Of a stretch of DNA of 64,000 nucleotides, positions 1-13,216 are shown piece after piece. The position numbers were made by a program, and so were the translations under genes. The notes under the pieces are model-generated. The model was not told the origin of the DNA. It worked only from the letters and a program-made list of their open reading frames with translations, and made no database searches. Numbering within the stretch: the first letter of the stretch is position 1; each line of letters starts with the position of its first letter. The DNA is from Mobula hypostoma (Eukaryota), in assembly GCF_963921235.1 (NCBI RefSeq), contig NC_086108.1, positions 72,542,001 through 72,606,000 of the forward strand, given 5' to 3'.

Positions 1-445
1 AAATTAGCTTGACCAGGTGTAGAACAATTTTACACTCATTTCTATGTGTTCTAGTATTTATCAAGAATCCATCTGCTCGTTGATTGAGATTTCGGTTGCC
101 CCAAATGTTTTTTTACCCCAGAGAGATGGTCCCCAAAAGATACCACCTGTACTGCAAAACACAACATATATAGACAGTGAGCTTTTCAACTCCATTGGCC
201 TGAGAAGCATCTGTTTTTATTTACTCCCAGAACAACCGGATTTTACTAGTCCTATTTCCCCTGAAAGCACTCAAACTGCTTTATGTAGCTGCAGAGATCT
301 TTAAACTCTTATGATTTAAATAACAGCCTCGTGTGTGCCGTAACTGTTTAATACCCTCTGAATCATGTCAGGGTATACTATTGACCTTTGCTACATTTCA
401 CAACTAACTGTTTACTGCTGCAATAGGGAGACATCCAACCTCCAC

Positions 446-750
446 GGGCAGTAAAGCGTTTAGCTGAATAACCTTGCAGCGCCAACGATCAGCGATCAGG
501 GTACAATTCCTGCTATTGTCTGTAAGGAGTTTGAATGTGCTCTCTGGGGCCATGTGGCTTTCCTCCACATGCTCTGCTTCCCTCCCACATTCCAAAGGCG
601 TAGGGTTAAGGTTGGTGAACTGTGGGTATGCTACGTTGACGTCAGAAATGTGGCGACACTTGCATCGTCCTAAGACTATGTTGGTCGTTGACACAAAATG
701 CTGCAGTTTACTATGTGTGTTAATGTTTCAATATACACGTGAAAAAAAAA
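446..750 (+). mobile_element. tRNA-derived V-SINE (HE1-like), degenerate
   Basis: Decayed tRNA-like head, V-domain-like text (tgtaaggagtttg...ttcctccacatgctctgcttccctcccacattccaaag) and A-rich end. Confidence 0.7.
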
Positions 751-1994
751 AGCCTTTTATTGATAAAATTAACCTCTCTGTCTCCAAACTCTATACTTAA
801 GGAGAGGAGATCTCACCTCCTATTCCTTGAGGTGTGGTCAGAACTGGCATAGATATTTTCCAGCATTGCAGGTCTCCTTTATGTGCAGGCTCTTGGCTGA
901 CACTCCAGCATTGGTTCACATGGGTTTTGCACTATTGTGACATTCAAAAAATAACTAGAAGTAGAAAGGAGAAATACTACAGTGCTCCTTAGAGAAGGTC
1001 AAAAAGTGAGACTAACTAGTTACCCTTACATAGTGCTGGTAGAGACTTTATAGGCTAAGTGGATTGTCTTGCAACTGTAACCTTTCTATTAAGTCCTCTG
1101 CACTTTCAGATAGCTAAAATTCTATGAATAATCTCTGCTGTCACATCTAATATTTACCCACAGTCAACATCACAAAGTCCAGTCACGACGCTCTGCAAAA
1201 ATTGTCTACATGACAACCATGGCAATGCTCCAAAACTACTTCATTGGCTGTAGAGTGCTTTGGGCCAACCTTGAGGTGCCTTTCCTTTATCCTTCACAAA
1301 TCTCAAGTCTGGAACAGAATATAGGATGAATCTTTACTGGGTCCTCTCCTGTCAGTTGCAATCTTTTATGTAACGGAAGTTCCCCTCTACCTTTTTTCCA
1401 GATTTAGACCAATAGAGGAGATGAGCTGCCTCTGTTGCTGTGTGGTATCTGCTGGTTTCTTTGTCCTTCTAGAAAATCATACTAATTTATTTGGTGTTGG
1501 AACTGTTGTGGCACCACTGTGTGGATATTACAAGCATTGCACATATTTTATTACTAAATTGTAATGCAGTCACAGTTTTTGTACAAATAGCATTATGGGC
1601 ATTGTTGCATCACCATATTGTAAAACTTCAGGTTTGTATCATAATTATTTAATGCCAGTATTCTGTAAAAATGGATAACCAATTATGCTGTAGTATAATA
1701 TCCCGGGGTTGCCCCATTGGCTAATAAATCTGGATAATTTCTAGTGTCCATTCCTGCCTTATGCTATGTTAGCCAATCTTATTTTGAGGAATGGGATAGG
1801 GGGCAGAGGTGGTGCTGTGCTTGAAGAACGATTGGCTAAGAGGAAAAATTATTGTTGCTTCCATTCCTGCTCCCTCCCAGTGACCCCTTCTTGAACTGAA
1901 TTGTTGACTGAAATGCCAGCTACTCTCAGTGAAAGCTAATACAGGATGAACAACCAATTCAGCGAAGTAGGCAGTCAGTGCAGAGCACCCATTC

Positions 1995-4400
1995 AACAAC
2001 AGGATATGGCAAGTGTGGATTAGGACAGGTTGTTTTCTGGCAAAGGCGTGCTTGATAATTGGGAGGCCTTCAAAAGTGAGATTTTGAAAGTACAGTTTGT
2101 GTGCTGCTGTCAGAATAAAGGCAAGGATAACAGGTTTAGAGAACCTTGGTTTTCAGGAGATATTGAGGTCCTGGTTAAGAAAAAGAAGGAAGTACATAGC
2201 AGATTTAGGCAGGAGGGAGCATATGAGGTATTTGAATATAAGAAATGCAAGAGAACACTTTAGAAAGATCAGGAGGGCTAAGGGAAGCCATGAGTTTGCT
2301 CTAGTAGACAAGGTAAAGAGCAAAAGGATAGCAAGGGACAAAATTAGTCTTCTGGAAGATCAGAGTAGTCATCTATGCATGGATCTGAAAAAGATGGGGG
2401 CAATCTTAAATGGATTTTTTGCATCTGTATTTGCGCAGGAGGTAGTCGAATAGTCTATAGAAGTAAGGCAAAGCAAGAGAGGTCATACACTATATATAGA
2501 TTACAAACGAGGAGGTGTTTGCTGTCTTGAGGAAAATTAGGTTGGCTAATTACCCAGGGCCTGACAAAGTGTTCCCTGGGACCTTGTGGGAAGCTGGTGC
2601 AGAAATTGCAGAGCCCCTAGAAGAGGTATTTTAAAAAGCACTTCCCATGGGTGAGGTGCTAGAGTATCAGAGGTTAGCTAATGCTGTTCATTGCTTAAGA
2701 AAGATGCTAAGAATAAACTGGCAAATTACAGACTGGTGAGTCTGACATCAGCAGTGGGTAAATTATTGGAATTTATTCTAAGGGACTGGCTGTATAAGTT
2801 TTTGGATAGTCAGGGACTGATTAACATTAGTCAACTTGGTGTTTTGTGTGGTAAGTTCTGTCTAACCACTCGTGTAGTTTTTCGAGGAAGTTACCAGGAA
2901 AATTGATTAAGGCAAGTCAGTGGATGTTGTCTACATGGACTTTAGCAAGGCGTTTGACAAGGTCCTGCAAAAGGGGGTTGGTCAAGCTGATTCAGTCACT
3001 TGGCATGCAAGTTGAGGTAGTAAATTAGATTATACATTGGTTTGGCAGAAAAAAACCAGAGAGTGGTTGTAGATTGTTGCCTCTATTGGAGGCCTGTGCC
3101 TAGTGGTGTGCTCTAGAGATCAGTGCTGGGTCCATTGTTATTTGTCAATTAGTCTAGTCAAGTCAAGTTTATTGCCATTTAACTATATGCATGTGTACCA
3201 TCAAACAAGGCAATATTTCTGTGAACCAGAGTATAAAGCACTGTAGTATACATCACACACACAACACAAAATAACGTATGAAAGTAAGAATGAAATCTAT
3301 AGATAGGTTACACATAAATAAACTGAAGTGCATAAATTAAATATGATAACGTACAGAGCAGACTAACTAGTGACATTCTGAGTCTGATGTGGCAGAGAGC
3401 TCAGAAGCCTAATAGCCAGAGGGAGGAAACTATTTCCCATCCTAACCATTCTTGCTTTTATGCATCAGAGGCTCCTGACTGATTGTATAGAATCAAAGAT
3501 GATGCTGGACAGATGGGATCTATAGCAATGATCTGGTAGATAATGTAAAATGGACACCAAGATTGGGAGCGTAGAAGACAACAAGGAAGACTATCTTGCA
3601 GTGGGATCTGGATCAGCTGGAACAATGGCAGATGGAATTGAAAGCAGGCAAGTGTGAAGTGTTGTACTTTGGGAGGACAAACCTGGGGAACACTTACATG
3701 GTAAAAAGTAGGGCACTGAGAAGTGTGGTAGAACAAAGCGATCTGGGAATATAGATTCATTATTCCTTGAAAGTAGCATCACAGGTAGATAGGGTCATAA
3801 GGAATGTTTTTGGCATGTTGGTCTTCATAAATATAAGTAATGTGTACAGGAGTTGGGATGTTATGCTAAAGTTGTATAAGATGCTGGTAAGGTCTAATCT
3901 GAAGTTTAGTCACCTTTCTACAGGAAGGATGTCAATAAGAGAAAACTTACAAGGATGCTGCCAGCACTTGAGAATCTGAATTATACGGATATTTTGAATA
4001 GATTAGGATTTACTTCCTAGAGCGTATAAAAATGAGTAGAGATTTGATTGAGATATACAAAATTGAGTGATATAGATAGGGTAAATGCAAGCAGGCTTTT
4101 TCCATTGAAGTTGGGTGAGATTAGAATTAGAAATCCTAGATTGAGGTTGAAAGGTGAACATACAGGGGAACTTCTTCAGACAGGGTGATAAGAGCGCAGA
4201 ACAAGCTGTCAGTTGAAGTGGTGTATGTGGGTTCGATTTCAGTATTTAACAGAAACTTGGATTTGTACATAGAAAGCAGGGTTTTGGAGAGCTGTGATCC
4301 AGTTGCAGGTTGATGAGACTAGGCAGATTAGTAGTTCAGCATGGACTAGATGGACCAAAGGGGTCTGTTTCTGTGCTGTGGTGTTCTATGACTTTATGAC
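1995..4400 (+). mobile_element. CR1 LINE, 5'-truncated and frameshifted ORF2 (RT) plus 3' end
   Basis: Remnants NYRLVSLTSAVGKLLE, VDVVYMDFSKAFDKV and SGV..RSVLGPLLF; 3' tail ttctatgactttatgact. Interrupted at ~3153-3530. Confidence 0.9.
3153..3530 (-). mobile_element. Rex1/Babar-type LINE 3' fragment inserted into the CR1
   Basis: Begins with a (agtca)n-tttatt tail in reverse orientation. CR1 homology stops before it and resumes after it. Confidence 0.6.
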
Positions 4401-4769
4401 TCCAGTACCTGGACATATATCAGTTGCCGTGGAACTGGACTCCAGCTAAGAGTCAACATTTTAGGCAAGTAAGAAGCACAGAGATTGGTGATCACTGCAC
4501 AACATTAAAGAATAGTTTTAATCAAAATATAGCACAAATAACTCTCTTTATCAGTTGTAGTCAAAACAGATTAGCATAGTACCTTACCCAATAATTTGAT
4601 TGGAGTTTCTCCCAGATAATGCTGTAACTTATGCCATGGGGCAGGGAAGGTTATGTTTTGTAAACTGTGTATTCATGATTTTCTAATTATGTCATGGTGG
4701 TAAGGCAGAAGCAAACTCCTAGTCTGTATAAAGCAACTCTTTGATAGTGGTGAATAGCAACTGCCTCAA

Positions 4770-5095
4770 TATTACCCTTCAACCATCATGCTCCTGAACT
4801 AGCAAGGATAACCTCAACACTGAACTGATCTCCACATCCCATGGACATTGAATGACTCTACAATTCTTGTTCTCAGTATTATTTACTTTTATTATTATTA
4901 TTTGCTTTTTTTCTATTTGCACAGATTTGTTATATTTTGCACTTTGGCTGGTTGTCAGTCAGATTTGTTTGTAGTTTTTCAATGATTCTGTTGTATTTTT
5001 TGTCCTATTGTGAATGTTTGTGAGAAAATGAATCTCATGGTACTATATGATGACATGTATGTACTTTGGTAATACATTTACTGTAATTTGAACTT
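4770..5095 (+). mobile_element. Rex1/Babar-type LINE 3' UTR fragment
   Basis: Shares the gaatctca(g)ggt..tatatg(g)tgacat..atgtactttg.taata.attt tail with 6400-6712. Confidence 0.65.
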
Positions 5096-5609
5096 TAATG
5101 GTGAGGCAACTTTAAATTTTTCAGAATGAGCTGAGGCGTAACAAGTTATAAGAAAGTGACGCGTGATGATCAGGCCTAATAGAATGTAAGAGAACTGTAC
5201 AGATTTTATGGAGATTCAAATACAATAGTACTTACGCAAGAGTCTGAAGTAAATTGGAACACCGGTGTCAATGTAATTAATCTAACTCCATTTGTTGTGT
5301 AAACTGTATTGGATTTCATAAAGTGGTTGACCTACCCATCTCATGTTTTTGACATCTGTTTAGTTGGTCTGTTTTATTTCACCAAAATACTTGATTTATA
5401 GGTAGAATATGAAACACTATGATGGCAAAAGTTACGGCAAGCAGAATTTTTTACAGGCTTCCTCTTGAACAGGAGAAAAATGTTAAAGTATTTCCTCAAG
5501 CTGGTTCCAGAGTTGCAGTGGTAACCAGGGACCCAGGGCCTGTAGGGTGAAACAGTGAATAGCGGGATGTTAATGTACATTTAAAAAAAAACAAGATTAG
5601 AGGCATTAT

Positions 5610-5830
5610 TATCTTGCCAAAAGTGCCAGAAATGCATGTATCAGGCAGCATCTGTGGGGTCTTCGGGTGGGAGGAAAGAAACAGAGCTGATGTTTCAGGC
5701 AAATGACCTTTCATCAGAACTCCTTGTGTGTTGAAAGATCATCAATGCTGAAAGGCTAGGCAGCATCTATAGAGGTTCTTTCCTCACTAATGCTGCCTGA
5801 CCTTGCTGTTCTGGTTTCTCAGCTATCCAG
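5610..5830. mobile_element. Penelope-like element terminal relic
   Basis: caggcagcatct...tgtttcaggc..acctttcatcag segment plus inverted tgctgcctgacc, the same motif set as 20015-20140. Confidence 0.55.
5685..5721 (-). ncRNA. Near-intact minimal type I hammerhead ribozyme motif (probably inactivated)
   Basis: Minus strand reads AGUU CUGAUGA A AGGU CAUUU GCCU GAAAC AUC AGCU: core boxes, 4-bp stem II and 4-bp stem I (each with one wobble). The stem III palindrome ACGU appears as ACAU. Confidence 0.55.
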
Positions 5831-6104
5831 CAGTACTTTGGTTCCGTTTCATGGTGGGACATTGAAATTTCTGTTTTACACTGAGTCAAAATACATTTGT
5901 GTATGTGTTTGTGAGTGTGTTTGTTCATGCTTGTGTCTGTGTGCCTGTGTCTTCCCTACAAATCCTGGATACTCTTCTTGTGAAGGAATCTTCCTTGACA
6001 TAGACCAGAAGACTAGGCTATAAACATGAAACATTTAATCCCTGATGAGCTTAACAGTAATAAATTTCCTCTGGGGGAGCTGGCTTTTCTAATTGTACAT
6101 TTTA

Positions 6105-6712
6105 CTTTACCTGTATAATACCTAAGCCTCAATAGCTCCCGAGTGCAACTAGATCCTCAGTTTCCTTACTCACAGACCCCAGTCAGTTCGGATTGGCAAC
6201 AACATTTCTATCACAATCTTCATCAGCACAGGCGCACCACAAGGCTGTGTGCTTAGACCTCTGCTCTACTCGCCTTATACTTATGACTGTGAGGCTAAGC
6301 ACAGCTCCAATGCTATACTTATGTTGGCACAGGAGTCTCAAGACACACACCACCAGGTTCAGGAACAGTTGTTACTCCTCAATGATCAGACTCTTGAACC
6401 AGAGGGATAACTTCACTCACCCCATCAATGAACTACTCCCCCAACTTAGGGACTCACTTTTAAGAACTCCGCATCTCATGTTCTAAACATTTATTGCTTA
6501 TTTATTATTAATTCTTTTTCTTTCTTTTTGTACTTGTACAGTTTTTCTTTGCCTTTTGCATATTAGTTGTTTGTCCGTCCTTTTGGGTGGTCTTTCATTT
6601 GGTGTTATTGTGTTGCTTGCGTTTACTGTGAATGCCCACAAGAAAGTGAATCTCAGGGTAGTATTTGGTGACATATATGTATTTTGATAAATTTATTTTC
6701 TACTTTGAACTT
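6105..6712 (+). mobile_element. Rex1/Babar LINE, internally deleted (RT fragment joined to C-terminus and 3' UTR)
   Basis: ISTGAPQGCVLRPLLYSPYTYDC-like RT motif joined at ~6322 to SLKTHTTRFRNS, followed by the 3' tail. Confidence 0.8.
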
Positions 6713-8450
6713 GGTTGAAATTATGCATTTATATTTACTGGAGCATGAGCTGTTGTTGCTGCTGGTTTCTCACAAAATTTGTCTTCTTTCTGGGGGAGCA
6801 TGGAACAAAAGTACAGAAGAGTATTAACATTAAAATTCTGTAGCTCATTTTCAGATTCTGGCCATTGCTCTTCCTCATCTCTGTTATCTTTTCCATTCTG
6901 ACAGCCCTCCATGACACTTGCAATCCTCTAATTCTGACCTTTTTGATTAATACTCCTAAGAACCTCTGGCTATGCTAAACATCATGAATAAATAGAAGTT
7001 GTTGTTATTTTTTGAACTATTTGTGTTAGTCTGGATCCCTGAGATTTTGTTCAGTGAAGGTGTACGGTAATGAAAGTAATCAATCAAATTCAAAGAAAAT
7101 ATCTACGATATTCACTACCTTTTGATGTTATTGCAGGCTTGGATATCACCGTACCTAAAGACACAATTTACACTGTCTGAACTAGCTAACAAATGAATTG
7201 AAAGTCATATTTCATGACGTTTAATCAGGTTTGTGACGCCATTTCCTAAATAAATGAAAATTTCCTGCTGAATTCAACTCAAAGGGATAGACTGCTATTA
7301 TGCAGACTCAAGTTTTTGCTTGCTGCTTTACAACATCAGTACATGAACCTTGCCTCATTAATACACATCTGGCAGGTTTAGGTCTGGGCCAGGTCCGTCA
7401 CTTGCAACGTCAGGATCCTGGCTGGTGTGACAGTAGGATATGGGATTGCAGGTAATGGATGGTGGTTCAGGACAGGTAGGTGTGCTTATTGTCATGACCA
7501 GTTGACCTGATGCTTCAATTAGAGAGTCCAGAGGAGTGGCTGGTTGGAAACAAATGCCTCCTTGGGCCGCATTTGATCTCCAGCTGACTGCAGAGGCACA
7601 TTGTACATCTGAATCCTGAAATACTAATCTGATCCACAAGAAAACCCTGATTTACATGCTAAAGCTGCCAAGTACTTGGAATAGGTTGGCTGCCTGACCG
7701 ACCGCTGGATTGTTGGGCTAATGTTCACCTTTGTCAGTGGCCTAAGTAACTAGTAGTGAATAGACTGTTAGTTAGTAACTCCACCCAAATGATTTTCCCA
7801 TTCGAGGCAAATCTGTAAAATCTGTTTCCTGTTATTTAAAATGATCACTTCTGTCAAAGCATACTTATTGTGGTTAGTTCCAAAACTCCTGGTCTGTTCG
7901 ATGTACAGGAGGAACATTGATCACGTGTATTCATTTTGCATTTTCACTTTATTGACTTTGTAAAGCTGCCCTGGGGAAGGTCAGTCACTGAGGATCTCGA
8001 GGGGTGAGCACAGACCTCCATTTTATTGTCTCCAGCATCCATTCAGTTTACTGTTATGCTAATTCTGAGACATTTTGCTGTTTTGACTCTTGTCTGTTTG
8101 TTCTTCTGAATTTTGGATAGCATTCCAAGTGTTCCCTCAGAGTAACAGATATGCATGTTTTTCCTTCAGAGACCAAGAACTTGGCTTTGTATGAAGTGTC
8201 ATTAATGCAACCTTGAGGAAATTTGGGGCACATGTATCTTGTGAACACGTTGAGAAATGACAGACTTAGGAAGAAAAAAATGCATTGAAAGTAACTCATC
8301 TTGTTAATTGGAAATTTGAGATATTTTTTACTGTGAGGTATTAAAATGTTTCGTAGCAATTTGTTGTTGATCAGCTCAATACTCTATGGCCACAAAAAGA
8401 GTTGAATAACATCCAGTTTGATTTGTGTGACTTTTCAATTAATAGCAAGC

Positions 8451-8750
8451 GTGTGTGTGTGTGTGTGTGTGTGTGTGATTTATTCTCTGTATGTGCATGA
8501 TTATAAGGGTGTGTAAGTGTATTTTGTGAACATCCATACAAATGTGTGTGTGTGTGCCTTGTTACATGTATGATTATGTATTAATGTGTTTTGTATCTGT
8601 GTATGATCTGCATGTGTATGTACTTGTGTATTTTTATTCCATGACTGCATGTGTGCTTTATGATTGTATATACATTTGTGTGGATGCCTTTATGCACTAT
8701 GTGAATGTGCGTGCATGTATGTGTATGATTTTCATGTATGTGTTTGAGTG
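8451..8750. repeat. (GT)13 microsatellite followed by a degenerate TG/TA-rich simple repeat
   Basis: Perfect GT run at 8451-8476, then about 270 bp of imperfect tgtgta/tgcatg units. Confidence 0.9.
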
Positions 8751-9002
8751 CAATCATTGAAGAGTCAAAGAGACTCCCTTCTCTTCATGCACACCCACAT
8801 CCACTCTGGAACAGCTGTTGTTTTATCTAATTTATGAACTGGTGAGGATTATCTGCTGTGTGTTCAGCTTTTTTGGCCAACTTGTTCTTTAAATGCCATC
8901 TCATCGATTTATAGCACAAATTTGTGAAACGAAACAGCAACCAACTAACAGCATTAGTGAAGAATGCAAACTTTACTCAGGTACATGTATGCTACCCGTG
9001 AT

Positions 9003-9262
9003 GGCACAGTGGTGTAGTGGTTGGCACAACGCTTTACAGTGCCAGTGACCCGGATTCAATTCCCGCCACTGCCTGTAAGGAGTTTGTATGTTCTCCCGTT
9101 TCCTCCCACAATACAAAGACGTATCAGTTGGTACATTAATTGGTAATTGTAAATTGTCAAGTGATTAGTCCAGGGTTAAATAGAGTTGCTGATGGATGGC
9201 ATAGCTCAAAGGGCTGGGAGGGCCTGCTTCACAGTGTATCTCAATAAATATATAAAATAAAA
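9003..9262 (+). mobile_element. tRNA-derived V-SINE (HE1-like)
   Basis: A-box tggtgtagtgg, B-box-like gattcaattcc, shortened V-domain and A-rich tail. Same family as 30830-31136. Confidence 0.85.
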
Positions 9263-10301
9263 TGTACCTGGGCAGCATCAATCCCATCATTCTCTGGGCA
9301 AGACTTCCTTAGGAATTTGAATCATGGAACTATAATTAATAATCAGTGTGGGCTATGTTCCAGAATGTAGTTCTGAACAGCAAGAAGATGTTTAATGAGG
9401 TGACCAGGGAGTCTGTTGTAGATCAGCATACATTAGACAAGTGGATGGTGGAGTATGTATTATCCATAGCCAAGAACATTAACGTCATTGTATGGCCTTC
9501 AACAGAAGAGTTGGGACCCTGTATCCAGGAAAGACCCAAGGCATACTCATCCAGAGACAGCCTGCTCTGCATCCTACATTACAGACACAACGCTGAATGA
9601 TGGGATGGATCTTGGGAATAAGAGCTACTGCTTCTCTCCTGCGTACCTGGGCATGATTCAGTAGGAAATTGTAACTAAAGCAGTCTAGTGGAAAGTGCCA
9701 TCACTATCCTCAAGGCAAGTGGATTAATTATAGGTACAGTGCTGAAGGGATTGGTGGCTACCCTCTCTGGCCTTAATCAGATTGGTGAGATCATGACATT
9801 TCTTCCAGCACTCTGGCCACATCTATTAGGCCTCACTGCTGGCATTGACTTATTCTTATGCCATTTCTTCTCAATCTCACTTTGTCACTGCCTGGAATTC
9901 ATGGATTGGTTGGGGGATGGTGTTGCTTCCCGGTGAAGGATGTTGCAATCCACTGTGACCCCAGAGATGCAGGAGGCAGAGGTACCCAAGTATATGCCTT
10001 TAGTTTCCCTGTACTTAGTAGCCTCTTTATTTTCAATGTTGCAGTGTCCTCCCCCAGGGAGAGGGCACACTGGTTAGTGGACCCAACACGGAGCATGCAT
10101 CTGCAGAGGCCCAGTAGTCCGTTTGTTATTTACCATCTTGTCTAAAAAGCCGCGTGTTGAACTGGAAAAAGAACCCTAAAAGGATGCAACAATACTTGTA
10201 TGCTGCTACTTGAGCATAAATTGAAAGAAGTGTTCCTTTGCAATAGGAAAGAAAATTGTATTAAATTCGTGACATGTTTAAAACAAAGACAGATTCCTTG
10301 T

Positions 10302-11332
10302 TCACAAGATCACAAGACAAAAGAGCAGAAATAGGCCATTCGGCCCATCGAATCTGCGCCGCCACTCCACCACAAGCTAAACTATTCTCCCATCTAGTTC
10401 CAATTTCCTGTCTTTTCCCCATATCCCTTGATACCCAGACTAATCAGATACCTATCAATCTCCTCCTTAAACACCCTCAATGATCAGGCCTCCACAGTTG
10501 GATGTGGCAATGAATTCCATAAATCCATGACCCTCTGTCTAAAAAAATTTCTCCTTGTCTCTGTTTTAAATGGGTACCCTCTAATTCTAAGACTGTGGCC
10601 TCTTGTCCTGGACTCACCCACCAAGGGAAACAGCCTTTCCACATCTGCTCTGTGTAACCCTTTCAACATTCAAAATGTTTCTTTGAGATCCCCTCTCATT
10701 TTTCTATACTCTAATGAATACAATCCAAGAGCCGACAAACGCTCCTCATATATTAGCCCCTGCATTCCAGGAATCATCCTCGTAAATCTTCTGAACTCTC
10801 ACTAACATCAGTACATCCCTTCTAAGATAGGGGGCCAAAAACTGCACATAGAGTATTCCAAATGAGGCCTCACCAGTGCTCCATAGAGCCTCATCAACAC
10901 CTCCTTACTCTTATACACTATTCCTCTTGAAATGAATGCCAACATAACATCGCTTTCCTCACTGCCGATCCTTCCAAAATGTACAACCGTGCATTTCTCA
11001 ACATTGTATCTCATCTACTATTTCTTTGCCCACTCTTCTAAACTGACCAAGTCTCTCTGCAACCTTTCTGTTTCTTCAACACTTCCTGCTCCTCTACCTA
11101 TCTTGGTGTCATCTGCAAACTTAGCCACAAAACCATTTAATCCATAACCTAAATCACCGATATACATTGTAAAAAGAAGCGGCCCCAACACCGACCCCTG
11201 CAGAACACCACTAGTAACCGGCAACCTTCAGAATAGGATCCCTTTATTCCCACCCTTTGCTTTCTGCCTATCAGCCAATGCATCACCCATTCCAATATCT
11301 TTCCTGTAATTCCATGGGCTCTCATCTTGTTA
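10302..11332 (-). mobile_element. CR1 LINE 3' portion with internal deletion
   Basis: Minus-strand ORFs PVTSGVLQGSVLGPLLF..KFADDTK, LVRPHLEY and GESRTRGHSLRI..FF.QRV..LWNSLP. Deletion junction near 10948. Confidence 0.92.
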
Positions 11333-11962
11333 TTGTGGAAAATACAGTCAGTTCCAGAAAAATCAATTTAATTCAACTAATTGATAGCAGCTGAAACTCA
11401 CTCCTTTACCACCTTCAATTGAGAGTTTTATTTTCAACATTGCCTGAAGGATTGATTTCTGTGACACTGCTTGCTTGGAAGTTACTGCCAGAGTCATCTC
11501 TTCTTGCAGTGCTTACTCATTTAGTTTTTCTCACACTCTGTGCAAATTAGTTCATTACAAATGCAAAGAAAAACATCAACTGTCTGTTAGAATCCAGCCT
11601 TGTCTTTTGAAGAGTTTTAATAGAAAGATGATAAATATAGATGGTTTAGCTAATTTAAACATGTGGGCCAAGGAAATAGCATTATTAATGTTTGTGTTCA
11701 TGGAGCTCCCTGCCTTTGAATTTCTGTGGTGCCTATAGGTATGTGTTAAAAATGGCTGCTGTGCAGAGTGCCAAATTCCAAGGCTTTGGCAATACAAGTC
11801 AGCTTCACACAGCCAAAGTTCCTTTTCCACATTTTACCAGACCTCCATTGGCTTCAAGAAACTAACTGTAATGCAGACATAGAATATTTCATACTCCCTT
11901 GTTTTACAGCCTCAATAAATTCTTACTCTTTTTAGTCAAGTGATGCAAAACCACTTTTCAAC

Positions 11963-11993
<31 letters not shown>

Positions 11994-11999
11994 ATGTGA

Positions 12000-12306
12000 A
12001 GAAAAGCATCCATTAGTCTTGCGAGACCATGGATCTGCGCCTGGAAAGTCTTCACTCTCCAGGGCACAGGCCTGGGCAAGGTTGTATGGAAGACCAGCAG
12101 TTGCCCATGCTGCAAGTCTCCCCTCTCCACGACACCAATGTTGTCCAAGGGAAGGGCATTAGGACCCATACCGCTTGGCACCAATATCGTCGCAAAGCAA
12201 TGTGTGATTAGGTGCCTTGCTCAAGGACACAACACGTTCCCTCGGCTGGTCTCGAACTCACGACCTTCAGGTCGCTAGTCCAATCCCTTAACCACTTGGC
12301 CATGTG
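12000..12306 (-). mobile_element. tRNA-derived CORE-type SINE
   Basis: Minus strand has A-box tggccaagtgg, B-box gttcgagacc, then CORE-like gtgtccttgagcaaggcac. Flanked by (TA)n at 11963-11988 and a CA/CG repeat. Confidence 0.8.
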
Positions 12307-12839
12307 TGCACGCACGTGCACGCGTGCGCGCGCACACACACACATATATCAGCCCTTTGACTTTGCTGCACCATTCAATACAATTGCAGCCGATCCTATA
12401 TCTCAACAGCATAAACCCACTCTCTCTGTATACTTTAATGTAGAATAAGTATAGAAATATAGCTCTCTCTTTGAATATATTCATTTACTTGTCATTTACC
12501 ATTTTCTGTGGTTGAAAATACTGCGTTAAGAGATTTTTCCTCATTCCAGTCATGTGTTCACTCTTTATTCTTAGACTATTCTATGCCTCCTGTCCGATTT
12601 GAATGATCCTTCCCACATCTGATCTGTGTACCTCCATCAGAATTGTATGTTTGAAAGAAGTTGGTGCTTTTGTTTGCTTTAATGCATTCCCTTTGCCTTC
12701 AAAATCACAAAGAGAATATTCCATACTTTATTCATTGTTAAGAAGCTTTTTGAAATGCATTAAGCATTATCTTCAGAGTAAGTGAAATAACAGTGACCTT
12801 CTACCAACACAACAGCAAAGATTAAACGTAATGAACACT

Positions 12840-13216
12840 AAAGCATCTACAAGAGGCAATATGTCAGGAAGGTGGCATCCATAATTAAAGGCCACCACCA
12901 CCTAAGCCGTACCCTCTTCTCAATGATGTCATTAGACAGGAGGAACAGGAGCCTAAAGTGCCACATTTCAAGGTGCAGCTTCCCATTGCTATTAGGCTCT
13001 TGAACCAACCTAAAAAAAGTCTAATACTACCTTGGACTATATTTCTTCCTTTTCTTTCTCTACTTTCCTTAATGTTGTTATATTTATTTTATTCTGTATG
13101 CATAACTTTTGTTAATTTTTTGTCGTGTTTGAACTGTATTGTGCTGCTGCTGTGAAAAGCTAATTAATATCCTGGGTACATATGCACATGACAATAAGCT
13201 TGATTTGAACTTGAAC
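12840..13216 (+). mobile_element. Rex1/Babar-type LINE 3' fragment
   Basis: C-terminal remnant (gcatccataattaaag..caccaccc..ctcttctca..caggagcct) and tail aataagcttgatttgaacttgaactt. Confidence 0.7.

Noticed and set aside
9346..10145. Cluster of 60-95 aa ORFs in apparently unique sequence
   Set aside because: No recognisable motif or splice structure on either strand; possibly a very old repeat that I cannot assign.
12235..12306. tRNA-like sequence (also 9003-9070 and 30830-30900)
   Set aside because: These are SINE heads followed by SINE body, without a convincing cloverleaf, so they are not called tRNA genes.
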